Assembly: GCA_019828565.1 (NCBI GenBank)
Contig: JAHDYR010000036.1
Span: 77,820 to 141,819 of the forward strand
DNA: 64,000 bases
Direction: 5' to 3'
DNA from: Carpediemonas membranifera BICM
Taxonomy: Eukaryota > Protista > Fornicata
Below the pieces are notes generated by a model. The model saw only the letters and a list, made by a program, of their open reading frames with translations, was not told the DNA's origin and searched no databases. The position numbers and the translations under genes are program-made. This document shows, one piece after another, positions 11,235 to 22,795 of the stretch (positions are counted from its first letter, which is position 1; each line of letters starts with the position of its first letter).

Positions 11235-14200
11235 CTATCTGTTGTGCATGACGATGTTGCCGAAGCCGCTGATGGTTTCCTTAGTTACGTTCGGCTTGGC
11301 TTTCTCTCTCCTCTGGGGGCGGGGGCGATGGCGCTCCTCGTCGCTGGCCTCGAGATCGAAGTCCCCTGCTGCTGCTCTATGCTTCAGGAACTCGGCCAGC
11401 TTCTCGTTGTGGCCCTCATCTTCGTCGACGACCTTGCCGACTGCCTGCCGACCCAACTTCGAATCAGCCTCGACCGAGAAGGTTCGGGTGACGCTCTTGT
11501 GCCCCTTCTTGACCAGCAGCGTCATCGTCACGTTGTCCTCCTCCTCCTCGTCTTCCTTGACTCTTGCGGCCAATGGAATGCGGACATCCATGTGGCCCGC
11601 CCTCACTTGCTTGGCGAGGGTGACGTCTTGGTCTACGATGAGATCCAGCTCGCGGTCGACCTCATCTTCCATCCGGGCCTTCTCGTCGGCCTCCTCCTGG
11701 CGCCTCTTCTCGTCCTCCTGCCTGAGCTGCTCCAGCTTATCACGGTGCGTCTGTGGCTCTGGACGAGGGTCAGCCCCATCGGTTAGGTCAGACGCATGTG
11801 CCATTACTGTCATGTTGCCCATAACGCTGGTGGCCATGGCGATGTTGAGGTCCTCCTCACATTCGTATCTCTCCATCAGTGTGTTAAAGTGCGCGTGAAA
11901 ATCCTGCAGCATGAATTCATGATCCAAGAGGATGTCCGATTTGGTGAAGACGTATTTCTGGAAGTCAAGCAGTGTCTGTCGCATTCTGGGGTCAAATTGC
12001 ACCAGATCTAGCGGGATACGGTCGAATAATTCGCACACGAGTACGATTCTGAATCCGTCCTGCTTCGAGTCGAAAGGATTATCCCCAACGATGCTCTGGG
12101 CTGTATGCCCGTGTTCCATTATCAGCCGGGAGACACAGAAAAGCGTGTCGGCCGAAACAACACCCTCGACAAACAACGCGGCCAGCAGCCTGCAGTGAGC
12201 CACCCGGGCCTGCTCAGCGACCCTAGCCCTGCTGGCGGCGTGCTGGGCAACGACACTACACCGCTCGCCCTGTGCCAGGCCCGCTGCGATCCTCTCCATG
12301 AGCAAGTCGAGAATGAGGGCTCTGGGGACTTCGGTGTCGGCCAGCAGAGCCGTGGTGTGGGCGATCGCGGCTATGTGGGACAGGCCATGTCTATGGGCCC
12401 TGACCATCTCCTTTGACAGCTGGACAAAGCAACCGCGCCAGTCTAGTTTGGCGATGAGGCGGGCCGCCACATCAGGACTGTAGCACGTCGAGGGCTCATC
12501 GTCCCCAGCCACCGAGGATGGCACCACGGTGCCATCCATGGAAGTGTGAGAAAGCACGTGCCGGAGATAACGGACGTGAGGGTGTTTGAGTTGCTTGGGC
12601 TCAGGAACAGCGGCGGTGCCGGGCTGGCTGGCGAGTATGGCGTTGGCAAGGACGGCATCGAGCTCCTGACTGCGACCCACAGACTTTCTTATCGTCTCGA
12701 CCTCTGACAGGTGGTTCGTCAGCGCGGTGCGGGTGCTCGTCTGCATGAAGAGCCACAGACCACAGGAGTGAAGTATTGACGCCAGCACCCGCAGCGAGGC
12801 CTCTGTGCGGTCAGTCTCGAGTCTGTTAAGGGCTCTGAAGACGACGTGGGTGTCAACCACACGGAACTTTGCTAGCTCGGCTATAAGAGCGCCGTTCCGG
12901 ACCCGAACGTCGATATCCTTCTGGTTCTTGGCGAGGTTGTCGAAGTTGGTGGCGACCGCGTCTTCAACCTCCTTGGGTGGTAGGAAACCAGCGATCTTCG
13001 TCAGGCCGGCGATTGCCCTTGCGACCAGCGGGATGACGTAGGACGGAGTGTGACCTGACGCGTGTGTGACGGTTGACAGCAGCTTGTTGTTGAACTTCGG
13101 GCCTAATAGTGCGAAATCAAATGTCCATTGATCCGCGGCGACGGTGTTGGGAAGCTGGTACAGCTTGGCCAGTAGACAGCGGGCGGTGACGGTGTCAGTG
13201 TCGTGGCCGTCATCCTCGTCCCGTTTCTCCCGCTGGAACACAGTTGGAGGCAGCTCTCCTGTGATGTCGGGCACCCTGGTGTAAAAGACGACGTCGGCTG
13301 GATCAACAAAGGGAACCTCAACCTCAGGGGTGTCTGTATCCACGGGATGCTCCGTCGGCAGCGTCACCTCCGCTGGGGCTGTTACCGAGGGCATCTCAGT
13401 GCCAATGATCTCAGCAAGTGCTGCCATGTGTGTGTCGAGACGCGACATCGTCTCCTGGGATTTCGAAAAGGCCTCAGTCTTGGTACTAGGGACATCGCCG
13501 CGCTCCTTCATCTCGCGCTGGATCTCACGCTCGAGTTTGAGGTGCCTGCGCTTTGTCGCAGTGTAGTAATTTGCCAGCTTAGCCCAGTAGTCGCCAATGA
13601 TGGCATTGAACGTCGAAACCTCACTGGGAGACAGCAGGGGAGGTATCTCAGTCCCACCGATGTTGCCACCGACGAGGGGCACCATCGATGCCTTGAGGTA
13701 CGAGACGACGATGACAAGGTTCGTGCTGGGGTCCTCGAGGCGTTGGTCGGGCTGGATCAGGAGGGTCAGGGATTGCTGAACCATCTTGAATGAGGGAAGA
13801 ACGCCGACGAGGAAGAGATCGGTCGTCAGGCGAGCGATGTTGCGGCGGACAACCTTCGTGTCGGAGTTGCCCGCGCTGCTGATCTTCACCTGCTCCTTGA
13901 TCAAAGGGAGGAGGCAATCGAGGAAGCCCTTGCCCCCTGAGGCGTCAGGAGGGTACCGTTGAGTCATCTTGGCGCACAGCTGGGCGCCGAAATAGAACTC
14001 GGGCTTGTACGAGAACTTCATCACCGCATCGGCCACCTCGTCCAGATGGCGGCTAAGATTGAGCTTCTCTAGATCGGCGAGGAGCGGCGTTGGTGGCTTC
14101 GGAGGGTTCTTGGCGAGTCGGTTCGTGAACTTCTTGTTGTCGGCCTGCGAAGGCTTACAAAGCTCGAATGTAACCTTTTTCTTAACTAACTCGATGTGTT

Positions 14201-14258
14201 TTCGGCGCTCTTCACGCCGTTGAGCGATCTGTGTGGCAATAGCGTCAGTTGACGACAT
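11235..14258 (-). CDS. UPF2: Nonsense-mediated decay factor UPF2 (MIF4G repeats)
   Basis: KLNLSRHLDEVADAV, RVRNGALIAELAKFRV, DGFRIVLVCEL and an acidic C-terminal region with MTLLVKKGHK. Confidence 0.85.
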   Translation of the reverse strand: MSSTDAIATQIAQRREERRKHIELVKKKVTFELCKPSQADNKKFTNRLAKNPPKPPTPLLADLEKLNLSRHLDEVADAVMKFSYKPEFYFGAQLCAKMTQRYPPDASGGKGFLDCLLPLIKEQVKISSAGNSDTKVVRRNIARLTTDLFLVGVLPSFKMVQQSLTLLIQPDQRLEDPSTNLVIVVSYLKASMVPLVGGNIGGTEIPPLLSPSEVSTFNAIIGDYWAKLANYYTATKRRHLKLEREIQREMKERGDVPSTKTEAFSKSQETMSRLDTHMAALAEIIGTEMPSVTAPAEVTLPTEHPVDTDTPEVEVPFVDPADVVFYTRVPDITGELPPTVFQREKRDEDDGHDTDTVTARCLLAKLYQLPNTVAADQWTFDFALLGPKFNNKLLSTVTHASGHTPSYVIPLVARAIAGLTKIAGFLPPKEVEDAVATNFDNLAKNQKDIDVRVRNGALIAELAKFRVVDTHVVFRALNRLETDRTEASLRVLASILHSCGLWLFMQTSTRTALTNHLSEVETIRKSVGRSQELDAVLANAILASQPGTAAVPEPKQLKHPHVRYLRHVLSHTSMDGTVVPSSVAGDDEPSTCYSPDVAARLIAKLDWRGCFVQLSKEMVRAHRHGLSHIAAIAHTTALLADTEVPRALILDLLMERIAAGLAQGERCSVVAQHAASRARVAEQARVAHCRLLAALFVEGVVSADTLFCVSRLIMEHGHTAQSIVGDNPFDSKQDGFRIVLVCELFDRIPLDLVQFDPRMRQTLLDFQKYVFTKSDILLDHEFMLQDFHAHFNTLMERYECEEDLNIAMATSVMGNMTVMAHASDLTDGADPRPEPQTHRDKLEQLRQEDEKRRQEEADEKARMEDEVDRELDLIVDQDVTLAKQVRAGHMDVRIPLAARVKEDEEEEDNVTMTLLVKKGHKSVTRTFSVEADSKLGRQAVGKVVDEDEGHNEKLAEFLKHRAAAGDFDLEASDEERHRPRPQRREKAKPNVTKETISGFGNIVMHNR

Positions 14259-14409
14259 CTTCGAAGAGTGCTGAGATAAACTGCGGAGTTGACCCAGGAG
14301 CCCCGCAGGGAGCGTATTCCCTGCCATATGCATGGGAAACCGACGCAGGACCGTCTACCATCCGTTATTTTATCGTGACCCTTTTCTGACAATACCTTCT
14401 GCCGCATTG

Positions 14410-14823
14410 ATGCCAGTTGAAAGGAAGAGGCAGGAGAAGAAACCGCCCAAACGTCTTCAATCAGGATCATTGACACAGCTTGTGAACTTTGATGCCCTTG
14501 TCGGCAAGCATAAGGTCCTGTCGAGCTCGAAGTCGCTGCTGGATCAAGGGTTCAAGTGCCCGGTCTGTGGTTACAAGATGCAGGACTCTATTACCTACAG
14601 AGACCATGTGAAAAGGCACGAACAGTTCATGTCCAAGAGAAAGGGATCAATGTCTTTCGAGTACCTTGCCGCGTACTATGAGCTCGCGTTGTCGCAGGCA
14701 GAGCTACCTGGAAACGTTGCCACTTACACAGATGTCCCGATTACCGATGCTGAGATTCGTCTGCGACGTGACGAGGCCCGTGTGACCATCTTGAAGGAGC
14801 TTGGGGTGAGTGAAAGTGGCTGA
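14410..14823 (+). CDS. Matrin-type C2H2 zinc finger, Snu23/ZMAT2-like spliceosomal protein
   Basis: GFKCPVCGYKMQDSITYRDHVKRH resembles the Snu23 GyyCxvCdxxxKDSxxyLDHi motif. Confidence 0.6.
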   Translation: MPVERKRQEKKPPKRLQSGSLTQLVNFDALVGKHKVLSSSKSLLDQGFKCPVCGYKMQDSITYRDHVKRHEQFMSKRKGSMSFEYLAAYYELALSQAELPGNVATYTDVPITDAEIRLRRDEARVTILKELGVSESG

Positions 14824-14904
14824 GACATGATGCCAATACCGCAGTAGGTGTCTCTTATCAGACCATCGTATTAAACCATGCAGCGTCGCTACTTTACTAC
14901 AAAC

Positions 14905-16401
14905 CTAAGGGTACCAGCGCTCTGCTCTGACAGGCCAGCGGGCGTCCTGCGCGCTGGGGTCTGATTCCATCTTTCTCTTGGACATGATCGCGAAGTAGAC
15001 GTCCTGCTGGGGCCAACGGGGAATGGAATGCAGCCCCTCGAGGGTGTCCCAGGAGAGGAAAGGAAGTCGGACGGCCTTCCATAGCTCATCGATGGTCGCA
15101 TCGTCAAGGTCAGTATTGGCCTTCATGTAGGCGACGACGAAGTCCAGCAGCTGATCCTCGTCCTGAGGTACCAGGCCGCCATCCTGTACAATACGGACGA
15201 CGCGACTGGGCTTAAGGGGAAGCATGGCACCCCAAGTATCGGGAGAGGAGTAGTAGCCGAAGTCATCAATGATACGCTGGCAGCAGAGCTCATGAAGGTC
15301 CGCGGCGTTCTCGATATTATCGTAGAACATCAGCACCTGGGGAGCAAGTGGCGGTGTGATGGTAGTGATCAGGGGTGCGAAGACCTCTAAAGCCATAGAC
15401 GACGGTATCGAGCTCGAGCCAAGGGTTCTCAGCCCATGGAGGTAGTGGGCGAGCAGGAAAGCGGGTATGAGCTTGAACCTGTCGCCCCGGTCCAGAGCTT
15501 GCTGGGAGATGTACTTCACACAGCTGAACGTAGTACCGGCAAGGGCCTGGATAAGAGGAGGCACCGGAGTCTTGCCAGGCATGGCTCCCTCGTCGATTAG
15601 TCGCCTCAAATCGGGAAGCAATAGATCGATGCACATGCTGCCCGCCCTGATGAGATAGGGGCCAGGCGATGTGACGGCGTTGATCCTATTGAGGAGAGTC
15701 AACACAACTCTGGGATCAATGTCCTTAATCTGTGCGGCCCAGCGCTCGAGGATGTCGGCACCCATGTACTGCGAGTCCGGGCCAGAGAGCGTCAGCGCGT
15801 GGGCCCACAGCTTAGAGGCGAATGTGAGAGGTGGGTTGTCCATTCTTGTGAGCAGGTCGAGGACGGCATCCACCCCCAGGGCCCAGAGGTCGTGCTTGTG
15901 GAGGAACTTCTCAAGGTTCTTCGCCGCAACGTTCTTGGCCTCTTCAATGAGAGGTGTCTGGATGTTGAGCACCTGGAATGCCTTGAGGAACTGGAGCACT
16001 GTCCTGTCGCTCAGCATCTTCCGCCCATGCTCAAGGAGGGCATCAGAGATGGCTTGGTCGGCTCCAAACTCAGCGCACGCCACCATGCAATGGGGCAGGG
16101 TTTCAGCGGTGATGCGGGCACTGCCAGTGTAGACGGCCTCGAGCAACAGGGGCAAGACAAGCGCGAGGGGGTTGGAGGAAAGATCGTCGCGGGGATTGGA
16201 TGGCGAGTTCTTAGAGAACCAGAGCTTCTTAAAGTAACTGAAACGGGCCGCAAGGATGCATTTGTGGATCGGGTATTGCGTTCCGCCGATTATGAGAACA
16301 TGATCGCTCGTAGCGGCGTCATTATAGAGTACTGCGATCGTTGGCTCGAATTTAAGCTCTGTTTTGTCTTCTACTGGCCTTCTCTGCATAGACATTGACA
16401 T
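14905..16401 (-). CDS. BTB/POZ (+BACK-like) domain protein
   Basis: SDHVLIIGGTQYPIHKCILAARFSYF, LLEAVYTG, EDQLLDFVVAY...LWKAVRLPFLS. Confidence 0.85.
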   Translation of the reverse strand: MSMSMQRRPVEDKTELKFEPTIAVLYNDAATSDHVLIIGGTQYPIHKCILAARFSYFKKLWFSKNSPSNPRDDLSSNPLALVLPLLLEAVYTGSARITAETLPHCMVACAEFGADQAISDALLEHGRKMLSDRTVLQFLKAFQVLNIQTPLIEEAKNVAAKNLEKFLHKHDLWALGVDAVLDLLTRMDNPPLTFASKLWAHALTLSGPDSQYMGADILERWAAQIKDIDPRVVLTLLNRINAVTSPGPYLIRAGSMCIDLLLPDLRRLIDEGAMPGKTPVPPLIQALAGTTFSCVKYISQQALDRGDRFKLIPAFLLAHYLHGLRTLGSSSIPSSMALEVFAPLITTITPPLAPQVLMFYDNIENAADLHELCCQRIIDDFGYYSSPDTWGAMLPLKPSRVVRIVQDGGLVPQDEDQLLDFVVAYMKANTDLDDATIDELWKAVRLPFLSWDTLEGLHSIPRWPQQDVYFAIMSKRKMESDPSAQDARWPVRAERWYP

Positions 16402-16845
16402 AGCCGTTTCGCGTTGGCAGCCAAGTCGATGCTGTAGTGATTGCTCGACAAAGGTGCGAAAATTTTGGATGTATCGAGTGAGGTTGGCTGGGTCGGTTGT
16501 GTGGCAGGCATCATCTGGGTCGGCTAAGCATGTTGAATATTTCTCGAATTTCGTGGCTCTCACCAGGCTCAACACGTCTCATTGTGGCATTCTATTCATA
16601 CCCAACTAAATGCTCGCTGCGGTGTTTGCCATGCTACTATAACAGTGGCGGAGTGGCCCTCGTTGCCGTCACTCTTAAGCATGCCATACGACGGTCATTG
16701 GGCCAATGCGCCTGCCCTTGACCCAAACAGCGCCGCTAGCCCCAGCCCAGCATCCATGAGGGTTGTGGGCAGCTGATATCAGAAGTCGTCGATTGTCGCG
16801 GCATCGAATCGCGTCTCATGGAACGCTGCTGAAAGTGGCATTAGC

Positions 16846-18174
16846 ATGACGGCGCTGCTTGATGTCCTTCCAACCGTTGTATACAATTCAGTGAAGGCTG
16901 CGATACCGGTCTTCATCCTTATTGGCCTTGGCTTCTTCTTTGGCAAGTCAGGTCGAATGGGCTCCCAGCATGTCGCTATACTAAACCAGTATACGTTCAA
17001 GGTGGCTGTGGCGGTGATAGGGTTCGCAAACATTGTCCAGTCCGAGCCGTTTTCCTGGGGCGACGTTCTCTTCATTCTCTGTGCCGCCAGTATGACCATT
17101 TTCCACCTGTTCAACGCGTTAATCGTCACCCTACTCCAGCCCAAGCGTGATCGCTGCCCCCGCTTCTACGCCCAGACCGTGATGATGTTCTGCTGGCCCA
17201 ACTCTATCATTGTTGGCGTTCCCGTTCTTTCGGCCGTCTACTCCACATCCGTCGCTGAGCACTACCCCATTTTATACGTCATTAGCAACATGATGTTCAG
17301 CGTGCCACTGTTCCAGACCCTTCAGACCGCATCAGCTGCCACTGAACGGTATCTTGCCAACCGGAAGGCTCTCAAGACCGTCGACCATCCAGATCTTGAG
17401 GCGGATATACCGTCTGACAACCCCGAGGACATCCCAGAGGATCAGAGCCCTGAGCTGACCCAGGACGAAGAGGCTGAGCCCCCAGTGTCCACCCTCGGGC
17501 TGCCAGGGGCAGGCCTCTACCCGACTATGCCGACTGTGCCGGAGACACAGAACGCTATTGTCACGTCTATTCCGCAGTCTACCGTGGATTCGACAGCGGG
17601 CGACCTCACAGAGGATCTAGCAGAGGTCTCGGTCGCCGACGACGACGCCCAGATGAAGGAAGGGAGCAAGCGGCCTCTGTGGGCTAGCGTCGCCATTTCC
17701 TTGGCTAAGTTCGTCTGGAACACGTATCTTACGAACCCCTTCATCATTTTGATGGCTGCTGGTATCCTGTGGAAGTTGACCGGTGTCGCCGTCCCGTATC
17801 CAATCTTGACTCCCGCCAAGTGGCTCGCGTCGTCATGCACCCCCGTTGGCCTCTTTACTCTCGGCGTCTTCATCGCCATCAATCCGGCCAAGCCACGCAT
17901 CCGCACTTCTTTGATCTTCCTATTGGGACGGCAGGCCATGACACCGTTGATGATGACCGGCATGGTGTTGCTCACCGGCATGAAGGGCGAACGGGCGCTG
18001 GCTGCCATCGTTTGCAGCTCGATGCCTGTTGCATTGAGCTCGTTCACCTTCTCGAAGCACTACGAGAATCGGACCGAAAATGTGCCACCCGTCATTGTTG
18101 GCTCTATCTTCTTTATGATCGTCGTGTTTTCAGTGATCTTTACTCTTCATGCCATAATCACGGGCGAGTCATGA
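16846..18174 (+). CDS. Auxin-efflux-carrier (AEC/PIN-like) membrane transporter
   Basis: Two hydrophobic halves separated by an acidic loop; WPNSIIVGVP, NPFII, PVGLFTLG, SMPVAL. Confidence 0.85.
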   Translation: MTALLDVLPTVVYNSVKAAIPVFILIGLGFFFGKSGRMGSQHVAILNQYTFKVAVAVIGFANIVQSEPFSWGDVLFILCAASMTIFHLFNALIVTLLQPKRDRCPRFYAQTVMMFCWPNSIIVGVPVLSAVYSTSVAEHYPILYVISNMMFSVPLFQTLQTASAATERYLANRKALKTVDHPDLEADIPSDNPEDIPEDQSPELTQDEEAEPPVSTLGLPGAGLYPTMPTVPETQNAIVTSIPQSTVDSTAGDLTEDLAEVSVADDDAQMKEGSKRPLWASVAISLAKFVWNTYLTNPFIILMAAGILWKLTGVAVPYPILTPAKWLASSCTPVGLFTLGVFIAINPAKPRIRTSLIFLLGRQAMTPLMMTGMVLLTGMKGERALAAIVCSSMPVALSSFTFSKHYENRTENVPPVIVGSIFFMIVVFSVIFTLHAIITGES

Positions 18175-18300
18175 TCTGCTCAATGATAAACTTGCGGCGT
18201 TGACTCAGAGAGATCAAGGCAAGTCAAGTCAAGTCAAACATACCACGAGTACTCATCATGAAGTACAAGCGAAGGTTAATTGTTAATACAGCCGGCCCAC

Positions 18301-19260
18301 TCATTTGACCGAGAGCACTGTTTCACCCCTGATCGAGACACTGAATACCACCTCGTACCGCGCCTTCACACCCACTAACAGCCCGAGCAGCCCAAACAGC
18401 ACAGCCACGACGACCACGAGCTTGGTCTCGAAGGCGGCCTGCTCAATCATGGTGATCTGATTGCGGGCCGTGCTAATCTCGGATAGAATCATGCCCTTGT
18501 TCACCATGCGTCCCTCGACTGCGCTGAGTCGTGACTCGAGTGAAGTCAGGTCCCGGCCCAATGATGACACTCTGTCGATGATCTCCGAATCTAACTCGAC
18601 CAGGGGCTCCCTCGCGGACTTTTCAAGGGACCGTTCAGCGTCGTTCATGGGCGCCGACGCCAGTGTCTTTGGCCTAATGAGCGGGCTGTCGTTAAAGTGC
18701 GGCGACTCTGAGTCCTGTGTGTGTTCAATGACGGAGAGCGAGTCCGAGTCAGAGGGCAATGAGGCCTCGGAGTCAGGCAGGGCTGTCTGAGAGAGGGCGA
18801 GGTCGGACCTGGTCCTCTGGGGCGCGTCGCCCTTGTTGCCGACTGGGGTGAGAGTCGCGTCCATTGCCTGGGTCATGGAGTTCGACCGTGTCCGCTGGTG
18901 GCCCTTGGCTGGGGCTGGGGCGTCCAGCAGGGTGGGGCCGCGGGGCTGGGGCTGCGAGGAAGGCTCGGGCGCGTTCTGAGCTGGGCCCGTGGGTGTTGAG
19001 ACCGCTGTCCTTGGTTCAGACGCGGGGTTCTTGGCGAAGTTGGCTGCGTAGCTCCTGAACGAACCGCTTTTCACCTGCTTGTAGTGCTCTTCCAGGGAGC
19101 GCTTGGTAGCCTCAGTCTGGCTGCTTGGATCTGTGTTTGTGTTTGCTGCATTTCGAGGATCGCTTGCTCCTATCATCGTCAGCTTCCCGCTGCTATCCAT
19201 CATCATCAGGGGTTGTAGTTCCGACATACATGTGTTGTAGGACGAGTTAGCATCGCTCAT
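18301..19260 (-). CDS. Hypothetical tail-anchored protein (disordered region, coiled coil, C-terminal TM)
   Basis: 319-aa ORF with a heptad segment RVSSLGRDLTSLESRLSAVE and a hydrophobic stretch near the C-terminus. Confidence 0.7.
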   Translation of the reverse strand: MSDANSSYNTCMSELQPLMMMDSSGKLTMIGASDPRNAANTNTDPSSQTEATKRSLEEHYKQVKSGSFRSYAANFAKNPASEPRTAVSTPTGPAQNAPEPSSQPQPRGPTLLDAPAPAKGHQRTRSNSMTQAMDATLTPVGNKGDAPQRTRSDLALSQTALPDSEASLPSDSDSLSVIEHTQDSESPHFNDSPLIRPKTLASAPMNDAERSLEKSAREPLVELDSEIIDRVSSLGRDLTSLESRLSAVEGRMVNKGMILSEISTARNQITMIEQAAFETKLVVVVAVLFGLLGLLVGVKARYEVVFSVSIRGETVLSVK

Positions 19261-19286
19261 TGTCCTTATCTATGTCTATTGTCTGT

Positions 19287-19322
19287 GGTTTAGGCGGTTA
19301 AGGCGGTTAAGGTGGTTTAGGT
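19287..19322. repeat. 4 x 9-bp tandem repeat GGTTWAGGY
   Basis: ggtttaggc ggttaaggc ggttaaggt ggtttaggt read directly from the sequence. Confidence 0.8.
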
Positions 19323-19560
19323 GCGCTGCTGATTGGCTCGACTCTCTTTGGCGAGGCTGATTCATCGAGACGAGACCAAGGGTCAGGGTGATGGTTATAA
19401 AGATGGAATTGTGTGCTGCCGATCGCCCAGAGGCCCGCAATACCCAAGACCCTGTCTGTCCCGTCTAGATAAGCGATGCGCCTGGGACGATGGGATTAGG
19501 CCATTGACTTCTATGAACTGGGCAGGAAAAGGAAGGAAAGGTGATAAACCGATAGTGCAT

Positions 19561-21393
19561 TTACTCCTCCTGGTTGACGTTCTCCTCCTCCCGGCGGGCA
19601 ATCTCCGGCTTCATGAGCGGGAAGAGCAGGACCTCTCTGATCGAGCACTGATCCATCAGGAACATCACAAGGCGGTCCACACCGATGCCCCAGCCGGCAG
19701 TGGGAGGCAGGGCATACTCCAGGGAGTTGAGGAACGTCTGGTCGGCGTACATCGCCTCGTCGTCGCCTGCCGCCTTCTGGGCGGCCTGCTCCTCGAACCT
19801 GGTACGCTGGACAACGGGGTTGTTGAGCTCCGTGTATGCGTTGAGAAGCTCGTGCTGGCAGACGAGCAGCTCGAAGCGCTCCGTCTGGCCCGGCTTGGCG
19901 CGGTGGTACTTGGCCAGGGGCGACATGATCTCGGGGTGGTCGCAGAGGAAGACGGGGTCCCAGGCGTTGTTCTCGATGTACTTCTCGGCCATCTTGTCCA
20001 GGAGGCGGGGGATCGTGTGAGGCTCCTCGCAGGGGATGTGGCGGGCCTTGCAGATCTCCACAAGGCGGAGGCGGCCGGCCTCCTCGGCATCAGAGTCGGC
20101 AAAGGCGAGGGAGGGAAGGGTGTTAGCCTCGCGAAGGGCCGCGATCTCGGCCTCGTTGGTGAGACCCTGCTCGGCGATGAGCGCGTCAACCTCAGCGAAG
20201 ACGCCCTCCTGGATGCCGTCCATGAACGAGACGCGCTTGAACGGGCGCTTGAAGGAGATGGTCTTGCCGGTCTTGGCGTACGGCCCATCCGCGGGGTGGT
20301 AGACGAACTCGGTCTTACCATGGATCATCAGCGCCATGCTCTCAAGGAGCTCCTCGGTGAGGGTGATGAGGTCGTTGTAGTCCGCGTAGGCCCAGTAGAA
20401 CTCCAGGGTGGTGAACTCGGGGTTGTGGGTCAAGTCGGCGGACTCGTTACGGAACTGGCGGCCCATCTCGTAGACCTTCTCCATGCCGCCGACAACGAGC
20501 ATCTTAAGGTAAAGCTCGGGCGCGATACGCATGAAGAGGTCGATGTCGTGGTGGTTGTGGTGGGTGACGAAGGGTCTCGCGGTGGCACCGCCGGGGATGG
20601 CGTTCATCATCGGGGTCTCGACCTCAAGGAAGCCGCGCTCGTCAAGGAACGTGCGGAGGGCAGAGACGATGCGGCTGCGGGCACGCATGGTGTCGCGGAC
20701 CTTGGAGTTGACCATGAGGTCGAGGTAGCGCATGCGGTAGCGGGTCTCCTTGTCTGTAAACATCTCCTTGCCGACAACGTTCTGGGGCATCATCTGGAGG
20801 CAGGGGGCAAGGATGGTCATCTCCTTGACGTACACGGAGAGCTGGCCGTTCTTGGTGCGGCCAGCGTGGCCACGCATGCCGACGATATCACCGCGGCGGA
20901 CGGAGTCATGGAACGCCTTGAACGCGCCGGGGGTCTTGTTCTCCCAGTAGTTCTTCCACGCGAAGATCTGGATGCGGGAGATGTCGATGACACCCTCGCC
21001 GTCAGGGTTGGGGAGGAGAGACGTCAGGGGAACGCCGGGTGTGGCATCCTTGCCGCCGTAGAAGTCGCCCTGAAGATCGTAGAAGTAGATGGCCTTGCCA
21101 GAAGAACGCTTGTTGACCACGCGGCCGGCAACCCAGAAGGTCTTGGCCTCGAAGATCTGGCCGTTGGGGATGACGATGTGGCCATTCTCAAGAACAGAGC
21201 ACTCCTCAGCACCCTCAGCAGCAACATCGCCGCAAAGGAAGTTGATCTCGGGGACGGGAGTGAGATCTCTGGTTTCGCCTTCAACCTGAGGGGGGTACTT
21301 GTGGGGATAGGCCTCCACATTCTCAGCCATCATGCTCTTGACCTGGTTGATGCGGTTTTCGCGGTACTTGGAGGGATCAAGCTGCTCGGACAT
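19561..21393 (-). CDS. KARS1: Lysyl-tRNA synthetase, class II
   Basis: [69 protein letters not shown]. Confidence 0.98.
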   Translation of the reverse strand: MSEQLDPSKYRENRINQVKSMMAENVEAYPHKYPPQVEGETRDLTPVPEINFLCGDVAAEGAEECSVLENGHIVIPNGQIFEAKTFWVAGRVVNKRSSGKAIYFYDLQGDFYGGKDATPGVPLTSLLPNPDGEGVIDISRIQIFAWKNYWENKTPGAFKAFHDSVRRGDIVGMRGHAGRTKNGQLSVYVKEMTILAPCLQMMPQNVVGKEMFTDKETRYRMRYLDLMVNSKVRDTMRARSRIVSALRTFLDERGFLEVETPMMNAIPGGATARPFVTHHNHHDIDLFMRIAPELYLKMLVVGGMEKVYEMGRQFRNESADLTHNPEFTTLEFYWAYADYNDLITLTEELLESMALMIHGKTEFVYHPADGPYAKTGKTISFKRPFKRVSFMDGIQEGVFAEVDALIAEQGLTNEAEIAALREANTLPSLAFADSDAEEAGRLRLVEICKARHIPCEEPHTIPRLLDKMAEKYIENNAWDPVFLCDHPEIMSPLAKYHRAKPGQTERFELLVCQHELLNAYTELNNPVVQRTRFEEQAAQKAAGDDEAMYADQTFLNSLEYALPPTAGWGIGVDRLVMFLMDQCSIREVLLFPLMKPEIARREEENVNQEE

Positions 21394-21698
21394 TTGCTAA
21401 GCACGTTCTCAGACGATCAGCATTATCCTGCGCCCCTTAAACTCTTCGCTTAATTTTTTTGATACGGACGAAATCGAGATTCTGCCTGTCTTTGAAACAA
21501 ATAGAATCAGGAAAATGATTTTGAGCTCGTTATTAAACCAAATGAACACAGTTCTGACCTCTCCAGCACCCTGCAATGCTCGAACGGAAGACGGCCGTCT
21601 CACAATGTGGTTCGGCCTCTGATCGAGAAACATGGCTCCTAAGGAAGATTTCCAGGCAGTAAGAGCGCACGTGCTGTGTTAGTGCTCACAGTGAAAGC

Positions 21699-22673
21699 AT
21701 GGTCCTCTTGATCCTTGGCACCTCGTTCACTGATTGTGTCAAATCTGGCAACACATCACAACATCGCCATAAATCAATGAATACGAGCTCTTCGGAGCTA
21801 TCTATGCGAATAGATACTCAACGCACAATGAAATCGGTGAGGTTGTCGTCAAAAGACGATGAAGTTATCGATAGTGGCCGTTCAGTGTTTATTGCGCCGT
21901 CTCTCGCCCCTCCTTCACCTGCAGGGACTATACGTACCCATCACGCAGGATACCGGGGATCTAGGGCCATGTCACGTTATTCCACGCACCATCGGCATCA
22001 CGAGTCTGCGCCCATGTGCAAGACGGACATCGAACTGCAACAGCTGCTCTTTGCCATCGCTAGAGACGTTATGGTGGACTATATCACAGTAATATACCGT
22101 GACCGGGTCCGGAAAGCGACACAGCGCTGCTTGAACGCCCGTAACAAGAGCATCAACGACGCTCCCTCGCTGATTGCTGGCCACCACTACACGGAGATGG
22201 TCAGGGCAATTGTGTTGGATGAGGCGAAGCATGCCATTAGACGGGCTGCACTGGAGATCGTCAAACAACGCAGGGCTGACGCGGCTCGGGAGGACGGTGC
22301 TGGCGATGGCCCTACGGAGGCGTCATGGACGGCGAGTCCAGTCGTGCAAAATGATGATGATGATGATAGTGCACTTGAAGCATTTATTAAGCCTATAGTT
22401 TACACTCAAGCGACAGACGCGGTGGCTGACGCTCTGCTGCTGTCGCTGGTCAGAGGCGTTGTCGAGAAGTCCATACAACAACGTCTAGCCGCCAGTGACA
22501 GTCCAACACCCACCCTTCAGGAAGAGGGCATGCCTATGTCACCCGAAATTGAGTCAGACGACACTGTTATCGCCCCCGTTGAATCATTCAGCAATCTGCC
22601 TCGGACCCCGGCTATCTTGGGTGGGAAGAAAGTGAAGAAACGCCGATTTGGCCTCTTTGGACGGAAGAAATGA
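21699..22673 (+). CDS. Hypothetical protein (true start may be ATG 21777)
   Basis: 324-aa ORF filling the gap between genes, with a basic C-terminus KKVKKRRFGLFGRKK. Confidence 0.65.
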   Translation: MVLLILGTSFTDCVKSGNTSQHRHKSMNTSSSELSMRIDTQRTMKSVRLSSKDDEVIDSGRSVFIAPSLAPPSPAGTIRTHHAGYRGSRAMSRYSTHHRHHESAPMCKTDIELQQLLFAIARDVMVDYITVIYRDRVRKATQRCLNARNKSINDAPSLIAGHHYTEMVRAIVLDEAKHAIRRAALEIVKQRRADAAREDGAGDGPTEASWTASPVVQNDDDDDSALEAFIKPIVYTQATDAVADALLLSLVRGVVEKSIQQRLAASDSPTPTLQEEGMPMSPEIESDDTVIAPVESFSNLPRTPAILGGKKVKKRRFGLFGRKK

Positions 22674-22795
22674 GTGGATAAGGCGATCATTTTATGATTT
22701 GATTTTAGCACCGGTACGGTGCATAAATCTTCGAGAGATATAGATACAGATAGATATAGATACAGTAATAGTGACAAACACATCACGGCAGCAGG

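Noticed and set aside
19333-21453. 706-aa ORF antisense to LysRS
   Set aside because: Shadow ORF caused by strong C/G-ending codon bias; no motifs. The same applies to antisense ORFs over PP5, H2B, PFK, FBPase and the surface genes.
18219-22765. Short microsatellites (CAAGT x3 near 18220; AGATAY-type repeats near 22740)
   Set aside because: Ordinary low-complexity sequence between convergent 3' ends.
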